Below are positions 38,030 to 48,249 of a DNA stretch of 64,000 nucleotides, piece after piece (the first letter of the stretch is position 1; the number at the start of each line of letters is the position of its first letter). Source of the DNA: a virus (Duplodnaviria > Heunggongvirae > Uroviricota > Caudoviricetes); the IMG/VR virus record IMGVR_UViG_3300015214_000024, positions 391,148 to 455,147 of that record, one strand, 5' to 3'. Position numbers and translations under genes: made by a program. The notes beneath the pieces are model-generated. The model did not search any database, was not told the origin of the DNA, and saw only the letters and a program-made list of their open reading frames with translations.

Positions 38030-40072
38030 TTAAGCTACAGGATTGATATATTCTACGAATACTGTACCAGCACCAGTGCCGGTTGCGCCGGAAATGTTAA
38101 TTTCCATATCACCAGCACCTGAGGTATCACCGTAAAAATCTACAATGTAAGTACCAACAGTTTCAAGATCAACGTCAGCGTCGACTACATAATTGTCACT
38201 ATTTTGTGTCACTGAGAATACTGGTGTACCACCAAATACGGTAGTAACCTTAACAACCAAGCGAGTAACTGTTGCACCAGATACCATACCAGAAACCAAT
38301 GTTACTGGTGATGAACTATTGTATGCAAATGCAGCCTTTGCAGTAATTGTCGATCCAGCGGAAATTGTAGCAACTTGAGTGTCAACATATGCCTTGGTGG
38401 CGGCGTCTTGGGCCGAGGTAGGATCTGTAACATTGATAATCTTATGACTATCTGCATCAAGATCGGCAGCGAGAGATGGTGTGTTATCATCAGAAACCGC
38501 AGTAAGGTAAGTTGATGCGTCAATCCCCCAAGTACCAGAAGTCTTTCTCAACAAACCATCAGCACTCAAGGCGGCAATTGCTGTAAGATCACCATCAAGT
38601 GGTTGATATGTCGAGGCCGCATCACCAGTGGTCAAATATGTATTCGTATCAAGTGACCAAGTATCTGCAGCAGTTTTAATAAGGATACCACTTGTTCCCA
38701 CCAATCCAGCAATTGCAGTAAGATCTGCATCAAGTGGTTGCGCATCCGCAATACCATAACCAGATAATGTGGTTGGTGTCCCTGAAGTGATTGCTGACCA
38801 ATCAATAGCAATTGCGGTTGTAGACGCACCGGTTAGTCGACCCTTCGCATCAACTGTGAAAGTAGCAACAGAACTTGCAGATCCATATGAACCAGCATTA
38901 ACAGAAGTGTCGATCAACGAAAGTGAATAAGATGGATTCGATCCAACACTAATGTCAGAACTGCCAGTGAGCGAAACAGTACCAGTTGACGAATACTGAG
39001 TCCAAGTCATATCATTCGTACCAACCGTAATTGGATTGTCCGTAGTAATTACCCATCCAGTATCAGCATATGTGGCACCTTCTTCAACGAATACGAAAGT
39101 ACCAGCGACGCCAGTTGCGCCGGTGGCCAAATCGTCCGCACGAATCATATCATCTGTAGCTTGGACTACGTAGATACCGTTTTGAGAAGGAACATTTTGA
39201 GATTTAACCAACACGCGATCACCAGTAGCAACCGTAACGCCATCAATAGTTGATCCATCTTGTATAACATTGAATGCAATTGCAGTGGTAGTAGCAACTC
39301 GTACTGATTGTTTGAAACTCAAACCAGCAGCAATACCATCAACATATCCCTTGTTGGCAGCGTCGGTAGCATTATTTGGTGTTGGCACAGTAACAGCACC
39401 GGTGAATGTTGGGTTGTCCTTCGGAGCATAAGTTGAAGCAGCAGCATCTTGACTCAAATATGTCGAGGCTGCATCACCAGTGGTCAAATATGTATTCGTA
39501 TCAAGTGACCAAGTGTTAGCTGCGGTCTTTGTCAAAATACCACTTGTACCAGCCAATGCAGCAATAGCATCAAGATCAGCATCGTAAGCTTGTACTGTCG
39601 AATTAATATCAGTTGTTTGGAGGTAGCCTGACAAATCTGCAGATTTCAAATAACCCAATGCATCGACGTCAGTATCAAGTGAGCCGCCGTCAGTGATACC
39701 ATATGTAGTTAATTCAGCAGTTGTAGTATAGGCTGCCAAAGCAGTAGTCAATGCTGATTCGACAATAAACGGATCACCAAGACCGGTCAAATAGCCTGAC
39801 AAACCAGAAGTTGTAGTATAGTCTGCCAAAGTAGTTGTAAGTTCTGATGAATCAATGTAGTTGAGAGAATCAATATCGCTTTGCTTCAAATAGCCTGCGG
39901 ATGCCGCAGTTGCATCTGTCAAAAAGCCTTGTGTAGTAACATATGTTTCTGTAGCAAGCGCTGCGGTATCAACCGTGAGCTTGCCGCCGGATTGGGCAAG
40001 TACGATACCGCCTTTGCCAAGTTTAACGCTTGAGCCGATACCGACCAAGCTAAAGTTATTAATTGCTGCCAT
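38030..40072 (-). CDS. Fibre-like virion protein
   Basis: DAA.K.YVD, DADL.AIA.L, KQSVRVATT...DRVLVK.Q...NGIY modules. Confidence 0.8.
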   Translation of the reverse strand: MAAINNFSLVGIGSSVKLGKGGIVLAQSGGKLTVDTAALATETYVTTQGFLTDATAASAGYLKQSDIDSLNYIDSSELTTTLADYTTTSGLSGYLTGLGDPFIVESALTTALAAYTTTAELTTYGITDGGSLDTDVDALGYLKSADLSGYLQTTDINSTVQAYDADLDAIAALAGTSGILTKTAANTWSLDTNTYLTTGDAASTYLSQDAAASTYAPKDNPTFTGAVTVPTPNNATDAANKGYVDGIAAGLSFKQSVRVATTTAIAFNVIQDGSTIDGVTVATGDRVLVKSQNVPSQNGIYVVQATDDMIRADDLATGATGVAGTFVFVEEGATYADTGWVITTDNPITVGTNDMTWTQYSSTGTVSLTGSSDISVGSNPSYSLSLIDTSVNAGSYGSASSVATFTVDAKGRLTGASTTAIAIDWSAITSGTPTTLSGYGIADAQPLDADLTAIAGLVGTSGILIKTAADTWSLDTNTYLTTGDAASTYQPLDGDLTAIAALSADGLLRKTSGTWGIDASTYLTAVSDDNTPSLAADLDADSHKIINVTDPTSAQDAATKAYVDTQVATISAGSTITAKAAFAYNSSSPVTLVSGMVSGATVTRLVVKVTTVFGGTPVFSVTQNSDNYVVDADVDLETVGTYIVDFYGDTSGAGDMEINISGATGTGAGTVFVEYINPVA
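38606..39514. repeat. 57-bp intragenic direct repeat (38606-38662 and 39458-39514, 1 mismatch)
   Basis: ATATGTCGAGGCYGCATCACCAGTGGTCAAATATGTATTCGTATCAAGTGACCAAGT, encoding TWSLDTNTYLTTGDAASTY twice. Confidence 0.9.
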
Positions 40073-40085
40073 TTATATAATCTCC

Positions 40086-40583
40086 TTACTGGATATACGA
40101 CAAAGTTATCTTAAACGAGCCGGAGGTCGAACTTCCGGCATTAATATTTAGGACTACTTTAGTTTCAGTATCATATACATATGATGGCTGTACACTGAAA
40201 ACTTGTCCTGCGCTGGCAGCTAGATCCGTTTCATCAGCCGTCAACAATACATCACTATTTACTGAATCACCCACGATCAGCGTAGCAGATGAGTCATCGA
40301 AAGGTGTTACTACTTCAACAGTAACATCTGCAATCATCACCCCAGCCGGTGCTGTAAAAATAGTAACCGGAGTTACTGATTGGTAAGTATAAGTCAATGG
40401 ACCAACAATACCATCGTTGTCAGTACCAGTATCTGACCAAGCTAAAACGCCACCAACAACCTTCAACACCTGACCCTCTGTGCCAAGACTCGTTGGCAAT
40501 GTATAGGCCGAGTTTTGAACGTTGCTTGATACCACTTCGTTTGTGATTTTCATCGAACCTTTAATGATAAGTTGGTTAGCCAT
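40086..40583 (-). CDS. Virion structural protein
   Basis: YTLP...G..GQVL; C-terminal beta domain similar to that of 38030..40072. Confidence 0.7.
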   Translation of the reverse strand: MANQLIIKGSMKITNEVVSSNVQNSAYTLPTSLGTEGQVLKVVGGVLAWSDTGTDNDGIVGPLTYTYQSVTPVTIFTAPAGVMIADVTVEVVTPFDDSSATLIVGDSVNSDVLLTADETDLAASAGQVFSVQPSYVYDTETKVVLNINAGSSTSGSFKITLSYIQ

Positions 40584-40593
40584 TATATAATCC

Positions 40594-41481
40594 TTAACTC
40601 ATTTGTCTCAATGTGACGATTAAATCTTGCGGGGCTGTGGAAGCTAGATTAGTACCAACAATATCCACATTACCACCATTAAGTGTAGCAGTAAAATCTA
40701 TACTTGGTGTGTCAAGCTCAGTACCCATATCTGTTATTGATGTTGCTGTGCCGTTATTTAATACGAAAAGGGTGCCCATTTTCCATCCATCATCCGATTT
40801 AAAAATATAATCAATGTATGTTGATGTAAAAATATCCAAATATGAAAATGTAAATGAATATTCTGTTGCTGGGGTCACTTCAACAGCAGTAACAGTAAAT
40901 GATGGGACTATGTTATAGTCACCAAATAAAATTGACTTGCCAGCGTCCAAATTAAATTGGATATTATCGCCAGTTGCTGCGTCAATTGAGTGTCCATTTA
41001 GATCTAAGTCGCCACCTAATTGTGGGGTCAGGTCTTCACTAACAGTGCCAATTTTTGTCAATACTTGAGTATCAACATAATTTTTAGTCGCAGCATCTTG
41101 AGCATTTGACGGATCAGCAACCGAAGCAATAACTTTACCAGCGGCGTTTAATGCAACTCCACCATAGTAGAATACTAAATTCCCACTTGAATCATATAAT
41201 GCACTAACGTAACCCCAAGAAGCGTCATTGCCAGTTGATCCAACAAGTAACTGGTTATCTAATCCGCCAGAAACTGCCAATTGTGTACCTGTTCCGCCAG
41301 TCGCTGTAATGGTAGTTTCGTCCGCCTCAACGGCAGCCGAATTGTCAATGAATACTAAATTACCAACACTATCAACAGACAGTATTTGATTTTCCAACCC
41401 AGCCGATGAAGGAAATTCATAATTACCAATTTCCAAACCTGGCGCTTTAATCGGACTTTTTACAATAAATTTATTTGCCAT
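40594..41481 (-). CDS. Fibre-like virion protein
   Basis: DAATKNYVD, PQLGGDLDLNG; C-terminal GTL.VLN.GTATSI.D.GTEL shared with 41498..45337. Confidence 0.75.
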   Translation of the reverse strand: MANKFIVKSPIKAPGLEIGNYEFPSSAGLENQILSVDSVGNLVFIDNSAAVEADETTITATGGTGTQLAVSGGLDNQLLVGSTGNDASWGYVSALYDSSGNLVFYYGGVALNAAGKVIASVADPSNAQDAATKNYVDTQVLTKIGTVSEDLTPQLGGDLDLNGHSIDAATGDNIQFNLDAGKSILFGDYNIVPSFTVTAVEVTPATEYSFTFSYLDIFTSTYIDYIFKSDDGWKMGTLFVLNNGTATSITDMGTELDTPSIDFTATLNGGNVDIVGTNLASTAPQDLIVTLRQMS

Positions 41482-41497
41482 TGCTTATTACCTTACC

Positions 41498-44400
41498 TTA
41501 TACGCTCATTTTTCTTGTAGTAAATTTGACGTATGAATTAACTGGTGAACTGATAGTAATTTCAACATCCGTACCATTCATTGCCGCAGTAAATGTTACA
41601 TCAGGCGCGCCTAATTCTGTACCCGTATCAGATATTGATGTCGCCGTACCGTCATTCAATACCAACAATGTACCAATTCTAATGTTCGATGAAAGAGTTA
41701 CAGTTGACCATACTATATTATCAACACCAATATCAACAGACCCTGACGGTGATGTAATCATCCAATTAGTTCCTGCATTCAATGTTCCAATATTAACAGT
41801 GACCGCCATACCATTTGTTAATTCACCAGCATCATTGGCATCGTCTGATCTGGTCCAAGAACCGGAAGTTGAAACTACATAGATACCATTTTCAGTAGTA
41901 TCCGTCTGATCCTTAACCAACACTCTCATACCGTCAGTTAAAGTAATATCATCCAACGTGGTAGTAGTATTGTCAAGTGTTATATCGCTTCCTGTTGTGG
42001 ATACATCAACAGGGTCTTTGTATATTATAGCCTGTGAATAATAGTAATCAATTGCCATATATTTGTATGATGTGTCATACGACAACATTACATATGGTAA
42101 CTCCGCTAATGATTTTGTAAATTCAACAGCTTGACCAATAATAACAGCCGACAATTCAATCTCACCAGATCCATATGGTTCAAGAACGATATTTTCATCC
42201 GGGTTTGATATGATATTATTACCATTCGTATTTAAATCAGCACCCAAAATTGGGTTAGGATCACTTATTAAAGCAAAACTTGATGCAGAAGTTGTCGACC
42301 ATCCAAGACCATCCCAATAAAGAGTATCACCAGTGGATGGTGATGTAGCAGTAACATCTGTTAAATCTGACAATGCCAAACTAGCATTAATAGTAAGAGT
42401 GCCACTAGTACCAACAGTTGTAACACCAACACCACCGACAATTGATATTGTTGATTGGTATGTATCAATGGCCACTGAACCAGTATTACCGTTAATCGTA
42501 CCAACAGTATTGATTATGGAATTAACCCATTCACTTCCTGAATATCGAAGGAAGTTATCCGCAGCTACCGAGGTTAAATTAACATCAGACAGACCAGCTA
42601 AACTATTAGCATTGACGGTACTTGGCGCCCATTGGGTTCCGTCCCAAGCTAAAACTGCACCAGTTGATGGAGTGGACAGCACTTCAACATCTGACAAATC
42701 ATTGATGGCCATATTTTGACCAACATACAAAATACTATTTGTATTATCAATTTCAGTATAAATTCCAGAACCAGATACACCCAAAATACTAATTGATGAT
42801 GATGGCGTACTTGGTACTAATGGACCGTCACCTGAATCGGCGGCTATAGAAGCAAATATATTTTGATCTATCGCAGATGGTGCAACAGAAACCCAATTAC
42901 TCGAACCACTGTCATAAACTAAAATAAATCCATCAGCAATTGATGACACATTAACGTCAGTTAAATTATTCAATGCGCCAGTTACATTTCCGGATACCCA
43001 AGTGGAAAGTGAGTCACTGTAAACCAACACATTACCATCAATTGCTGACCCAACATCGACATTAGACAGGTCACCAAGAGCCTTTTCAACCGAAATGGTC
43101 AAAGTAGAACCAGAAGCGGAAGTGGATACGCCATTAATTCCCGTAATAGCAATACTTTGTGCGTTTGATGCAGCAGTAATAGTATTAGTATCATCAGCAA
43201 CAATTTCAGTTATAGACAATAAAGCATAATCCGGAATAGTATATTGTGACCATTCCATTCCAGTCCAAGCCAGTACATCGTTGACGCTTGGTGCTCCGTT
43301 TAATACAACGTTTGTCAACGATTCTAATGTATTATATTCATTAGTAATAGTAATTTGATCCAGTGTGGCGACAGTTGAAATACCAGGGCCGCCGAGAACC
43401 TTGAATACGCCTGAAACTGATGTTGCTGTATTAGTATCATCATCACTAATAGTTACTTCGGTTAAAAATGCAGGAGCACCACTAACCCACTGTGAAGATC
43501 CAGCATTCCAAGTTAATATATCACCATCGTTAGTTGTCGTAGTATCAACATCAGCTAAATCATCAAGGCTTAACGTGCCAATAACAAGGTCTGCTGGTTC
43601 CCAAATAGTACCATTATATTGAAGGTATTTTCCAGTACCAATATTTGTTAAATCAACGTCAGTTAAATCACCCAACGATGCAACACCAGTTGAATTTTCC
43701 CATTGACTAGTGACGTCATTATAAACAAGCGTTTGCCCATTAGTTGGTGTTGAAATAGTGACATCAGTTAAACCATCTAAGGTCGCTGTGCCGCCAATAA
43801 TTGCAGCATCAACATATGCTTTTGTAGCAGCGTCACTACCAACAGTTGGTGACGCTAGATTTATTATTTTAGCATTTGCTACACTAACTGATCCAGTTCC
43901 ATTTGGACGTAATACAATATTACCATTAACAACGCTTGTGTTAATTTCATATGCGCCAATGTTTAAATTTCCACCTAATGCTGGATTAAGATCATTCGAT
44001 ACCGTTTGAAGTACAGATTTACTTGAGGCTGAGGTTATTCTACCATATGAATCAACTGTAATTTGGGCCGCAGTACCAGTTGCTGCGCCGTATGATCCAG
44101 CAGTAACACCAGAGGTTGCAAGACTAATTTTAACACTGCCAGTCACTACTGAAGTAGTGATGCCATTTATACCGTTAAGAGTTAGTGCTGCTGATGATGA
44201 CCCAGAAGTTGCTGTACCTGAGTCAGTCACAACAGATCCGTATGTGCTTGGCAATGTGCCATTTGATGCTAATGTAATTCTACCCTTAGCATCTACAGTA
44301 ATGGAAGCATTTGTGTAGGATCCTGGAGTTAGGCCACTCACGTTGCCTAAAGCAAAGGTCATTGTTGTTCCAGAAATTGATGTTACAACATCAGTACCAC

Positions 44401-45337
44401 TAAAAGTGAAAATTCCACTATCAGTGGTAGCGGTAGCAGTTCCAGTATTACCATTAAAGGTATTAAATTTGTTATAATTTATTGCTGCACCTGCGGTTAC
44501 CGCAGTAATACGACCATAAGCATCGACAATCAAGTCTGTCGGTCGAGCATAAGTGCCAGCAACACCAGATATTGAGGCTAAGTCAACATTTAATGTTCCG
44601 TTAGCAATAAGAGGTGAATTTGCAATAGTTAACGTTGAATTTGGTGATGCTAGGCCAACACTAGTTAAACCACCGCCGCCGCCAGCACTACCTGGGTCAG
44701 TATTGGTTATAGTAAGCTCATTACCAGTTTGGGTAATACTAATACCACTACCAGCTTTTAAGGTATTAAATTGTAATGTTTGTCCAGATTTGCCAGCATA
44801 GACACCAAGACCAGTGCCTAAATTAGCACCGTCATTAGCTTCACCAGTACCGCCAGCTTGAACTGTTGCTGGTGCCCAAGAAGTACCATTCCAAGTTAAA
44901 ACTTGATCTATTGTTGGCGTTCCAGTAACATCATCAAGATCTGTTATTCCTAATGATACTGCACCCGTTTGTGTATTGACACTTGTAACAGGAGCATCTG
45001 CAACTGCAATTGTTATGTCATTTAAATTTTCAGTAACGGTAACATTAGAGCTACCAGAACTAATCCTTCTGAATTGAAGAACCGTTCCAGATTTCGCTGA
45101 AAATACTGCGGCTCCAGAGCCGATTAAACTCTCACCATTAGTGACATCACCAGTTCCAGAAGCAGTCGGAGTTTGCCACTGAACATAATCAGCTTCAGCA
45201 GAATTTGGATTATCTACTATTGTTAATACTTGACCTGGTGAGCCAATAGGCAACTCATCAACGATATTACCTACGCCAACCAACAAACTTCCGCTTGATA
45301 ACGGTAAGCCAGTAATGCCTCTGCCCAATACTACCAT
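41498..45337 (-). CDS. Long fibre-like virion protein (1279 aa)
   Basis: Many L.DL.DV...GQ.L.W/Y.G..W repeats, VD.YGRIT repeats, DGMRVLVKDQT..ENGIY. Confidence 0.85.
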   Translation of the reverse strand: MVVLGRGITGLPLSSGSLLVGVGNIVDELPIGSPGQVLTIVDNPNSAEADYVQWQTPTASGTGDVTNGESLIGSGAAVFSAKSGTVLQFRRISSGSSNVTVTENLNDITIAVADAPVTSVNTQTGAVSLGITDLDDVTGTPTIDQVLTWNGTSWAPATVQAGGTGEANDGANLGTGLGVYAGKSGQTLQFNTLKAGSGISITQTGNELTITNTDPGSAGGGGGLTSVGLASPNSTLTIANSPLIANGTLNVDLASISGVAGTYARPTDLIVDAYGRITAVTAGAAINYNKFNTFNGNTGTATATTDSGIFTFSGTDVVTSISGTTMTFALGNVSGLTPGSYTNASITVDAKGRITLASNGTLPSTYGSVVTDSGTATSGSSSAALTLNGINGITTSVVTGSVKISLATSGVTAGSYGAATGTAAQITVDSYGRITSASSKSVLQTVSNDLNPALGGNLNIGAYEINTSVVNGNIVLRPNGTGSVSVANAKIINLASPTVGSDAATKAYVDAAIIGGTATLDGLTDVTISTPTNGQTLVYNDVTSQWENSTGVASLGDLTDVDLTNIGTGKYLQYNGTIWEPADLVIGTLSLDDLADVDTTTTNDGDILTWNAGSSQWVSGAPAFLTEVTISDDDTNTATSVSGVFKVLGGPGISTVATLDQITITNEYNTLESLTNVVLNGAPSVNDVLAWTGMEWSQYTIPDYALLSITEIVADDTNTITAASNAQSIAITGINGVSTSASGSTLTISVEKALGDLSNVDVGSAIDGNVLVYSDSLSTWVSGNVTGALNNLTDVNVSSIADGFILVYDSGSSNWVSVAPSAIDQNIFASIAADSGDGPLVPSTPSSSISILGVSGSGIYTEIDNTNSILYVGQNMAINDLSDVEVLSTPSTGAVLAWDGTQWAPSTVNANSLAGLSDVNLTSVAADNFLRYSGSEWVNSIINTVGTINGNTGSVAIDTYQSTISIVGGVGVTTVGTSGTLTINASLALSDLTDVTATSPSTGDTLYWDGLGWSTTSASSFALISDPNPILGADLNTNGNNIISNPDENIVLEPYGSGEIELSAVIIGQAVEFTKSLAELPYVMLSYDTSYKYMAIDYYYSQAIIYKDPVDVSTTGSDITLDNTTTTLDDITLTDGMRVLVKDQTDTTENGIYVVSTSGSWTRSDDANDAGELTNGMAVTVNIGTLNAGTNWMITSPSGSVDIGVDNIVWSTVTLSSNIRIGTLLVLNDGTATSISDTGTELGAPDVTFTAAMNGTDVEITISSPVNSYVKFTTRKMSV

Positions 45338-45371
45338 ATTGATTTTACCCTAAAGAAATATATTTCATTGA

Positions 45372-45445
45372 TATTTATTTTTTCTTTTAGATAAGTCAGG
45401 CTGCTTTGAAAACTTTGTCACCAGTAAATTTTATCAAAATAAATA
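45372..45445. promoter_or_regulatory. Divergent pair of late promoters (45372-45379 minus; 45438-45445 plus)
   Basis: AATAAATA on each strand, facing 45337 and 45476. Confidence 0.6.
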
Positions 45446-45475
45446 GCTTGATTATTCAAAAAGGAAATATAATTA

Positions 45476-46219
45476 ATGCCATTATTGCCTGGTTTAGTTG
45501 GTTCCACCGCTTCAGCACAAGTCGGATCAGGCGGTGATCCATATTGGAACAGTGTAATCTTATTGGCTAATTTTGATAGTGGATCAGTATTGAATGCAGA
45601 TATCGATGCTTCAGGAAATACTGCATCAGTCGCCCGATCAAATTCGGCAATTACAGTTCAAAATACGTCACCAGCAGATACTCCATATTCATATTATTTG
45701 AACAAAACCTCTGGCAATTATTATTATAGAATATTTCCATCAGATCAATCAGTATGGTCATTTTCTGGGCCATTTACCTTTGAGTTTTGGATCAATGCTG
45801 TTTCTATAAGCAATAATGGTTATATGATCAGTAACCGATCAGATAACACATCAAATTTTGGTTATGAACTACAATGCAATTCATCTGGAATTCTTACGTT
45901 CAATTTAGGGTTTGGTACTGGTGGTAGTTCACTTAACACTGGAATTAATAAAAGCAGCTTAACTGGTACTTGGGCCCACGTCGCACTCACGCGAGATGGC
46001 AGTGACGTAGTTCGATCTTACTTAAATGGGTCGGTAGTTAATAGTGCTACCATATCTGGTACTACGTATCAATCAACTCAACCGATGTGGATTTATGCAT
46101 CAGGTCGTGGTTTAACCGGTTGGTATGGAGCATTAGATGAAATTAGAGTTACTAAAAGTGTCGCTAGATATACTGGATCAAGCTTCACAGTACCTTCTGC
46201 ACCATTCCCAACTTCATAA
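45476..46219 (+). CDS. LamG/concanavalin-A-like lectin-domain protein
   Basis: FTFEFW, W.HVALTR...YLNG, G.LDEIRVTK.VARY; paralogue of 56484..57257. Confidence 0.85.
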   Translation: MPLLPGLVGSTASAQVGSGGDPYWNSVILLANFDSGSVLNADIDASGNTASVARSNSAITVQNTSPADTPYSYYLNKTSGNYYYRIFPSDQSVWSFSGPFTFEFWINAVSISNNGYMISNRSDNTSNFGYELQCNSSGILTFNLGFGTGGSSLNTGINKSSLTGTWAHVALTRDGSDVVRSYLNGSVVNSATISGTTYQSTQPMWIYASGRGLTGWYGALDEIRVTKSVARYTGSSFTVPSAPFPTS

Positions 46220-46224
46220 GCCTG

Positions 46225-48165
46225 TTAGGCTAAAGTAGTATCACCAATCAAATCCCATTCATTAGTGCCAACTTTGGTTAAAGTAACCGCACCAAATTGC
46301 TTTCTTATAGCTAATGACTCTGGATAGTTAACTGTAACACCGCTTCCTGGCGATATAGATACTTGACCGGCGCCTACTTGAATTACTGAAATCTGATAAC
46401 CTACCGGGAAAGCTACCGTTGCATTAGGCGGAATAGTTACTGTTTGCGGTGATGCATTTGATGCTCGAATATAAACATCAGATATGACCAAATCATATGT
46501 TGTAGCTGTGACTGTAGTTATTGGCGTAACATATGGCGTAAACTGTGCTGTACTAATAGCATCAGTAATACCATAACCTGCCAATGTGGTCGGGTTCGTA
46601 CCAGCAGTCACTCGGCCTTTGACATCAACTGTTACTGACTTATATGTTCCAGCTGATACTCCACTATTAGCCAATGTAGTAGTAATTGAAGTGGTGCCCG
46701 TACCAGTAATATCGCCAGTTAATGATACGCTTTGGTTGGCGGTCAAATATGTATTAGTGTCGAGGGTCCAAGTGTTTGCGGCAGTTTTCTTTAAAATACC
46801 ACTCGTTCCAGTCAGTGCAGCGATCGCATCTAAATCAGCATCCCAAGCTTGGATGTCGGTGCCGATCACAGGAGTACCAGACAAATCACTATAAGCACCA
46901 GTTGTAGAAACCGTAGCAATAGTTAACCACGAAGCATCGGTGCTAGTGCCATTACTTTTAAGCACTTGGCCTGATGATCCTCCACGCACTGCCAATTGAG
47001 CACCAGTACCGCCCACATTTGTAATAGTGCTTGAGTCAACATCTATACTAATAGTGTAGGCAGGTCCAGTGGTTACTGTTAAACCATCACCGACATCAAT
47101 AGTAACTACACCTGGTGATGAAAATTGTGTCCACAAAATATCATCAGTTCCAATGATCGCAGGACCATCTGGGGAAACTATAACAAAACCACAATCGCCA
47201 TATTCAGTACCTTGACTTACAAATACTGATGTACCGCCAGCCAGTTCTGCATCTTGGTCAGCATCAGCTGATCGTGCCCAAGAACCGGAAGTTGAAGCTA
47301 CATAGATACCATTTTCAGACGAATCCGTTTGATCTTTAACCAATACTCTCATACCATCAGTGATCGCAACACCATCTAAAGTGGTAGTAGTATTATCAAG
47401 TGTTATATTACTTCCGGTTGTAGTTACTTGAACTGTTTCCTTGAAACTCAAACCAGCTGCAACACCATCAACATATCCCTTAGTTGCAGCATCATTAGTT
47501 CCTGATGGTGCGCCAGCTAATGTCAATGTACCAGTCATTGTACCACCGGATTTTAACAAATAAGCAGTAAGATCTGGAGTTCCAGCTAAATCACTATACA
47601 AACCTGAAGTAGCGACTGTAGATAGTGATGGTGTACCAGAGACTTCCGAATATGCAATTGTTGCGTTAACCCATCCGCTACCATTATATTTTAAATATTC
47701 GTGATTTGCTGGTGAAGTAACATCGACATCAACAAGATCAACCAGTCCAAGAGATCCAGAACTGCCTGGTACTGAGTTAATCCAAATGCTATTTGTAGCA
47801 TCATAAACCAAAATATCACCATCAGCTGGCGTAGTTAAAGTGACATTATCAAGATCACCAATACTACTTGGTACTGATGGCTTATTTGTTAGGTCATTAT
47901 AGTCACCAGAGAAAGCTGATGAGCTGTCTTGTTTCAATGCTAAAGCAGTAGCAAATTGATCGTATTCAACCGCGTCACCGGTAGTAGACCCCGATGTTAA
48001 ATTTATTACTTTGTTTGAATTTAAATCTAAATCGGACGATAGTGACACTAAACCGCCCGGTGTTTGAAGTTCTAAATCAGATCCATTTTTAACAAGTTTA
48101 GGACCACTTTTGCCAACCTGAAACTCAGTCTGACTTGTGCCCTTGATATTATAGACTACCGCCAT
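46225..48165 (-). CDS. Fibre-like virion protein
   Basis: DAATKGYVD, DGMRVLVKDQT, DADLDAIAAL, VTVD.KGRVT; C-terminal VTIP.NA.VAFPVG..I...Q.GAGQV. Confidence 0.8.
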   Translation of the reverse strand: MAVVYNIKGTSQTEFQVGKSGPKLVKNGSDLELQTPGGLVSLSSDLDLNSNKVINLTSGSTTGDAVEYDQFATALALKQDSSSAFSGDYNDLTNKPSVPSSIGDLDNVTLTTPADGDILVYDATNSIWINSVPGSSGSLGLVDLVDVDVTSPANHEYLKYNGSGWVNATIAYSEVSGTPSLSTVATSGLYSDLAGTPDLTAYLLKSGGTMTGTLTLAGAPSGTNDAATKGYVDGVAAGLSFKETVQVTTTGSNITLDNTTTTLDGVAITDGMRVLVKDQTDSSENGIYVASTSGSWARSADADQDAELAGGTSVFVSQGTEYGDCGFVIVSPDGPAIIGTDDILWTQFSSPGVVTIDVGDGLTVTTGPAYTISIDVDSSTITNVGGTGAQLAVRGGSSGQVLKSNGTSTDASWLTIATVSTTGAYSDLSGTPVIGTDIQAWDADLDAIAALTGTSGILKKTAANTWTLDTNTYLTANQSVSLTGDITGTGTTSITTTLANSGVSAGTYKSVTVDVKGRVTAGTNPTTLAGYGITDAISTAQFTPYVTPITTVTATTYDLVISDVYIRASNASPQTVTIPPNATVAFPVGYQISVIQVGAGQVSISPGSGVTVNYPESLAIRKQFGAVTLTKVGTNEWDLIGDTTLA

Positions 48166-48237
48166 TTTTACATCCTTCCAATATCAGTGATAAAATCACT
48201 GTCACTATACTATCTATAGTGTTACTGAATATGTGTA

Positions 48238-48245
48238 TATTTATT
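48238..48245 (-). promoter_or_regulatory. Late promoter AATAAATA
   Basis: Upstream of 46225..48165; the leader has two short hairpins. Confidence 0.55.
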
Positions 48246-48249
48246 GTTC

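Noticed and set aside
38606-39514. Diversity-generating retroelement TR/VR pair
   Set aside because: Both copies are in frame in one gene with a single synonymous difference, and no reverse transcriptase is in the window.
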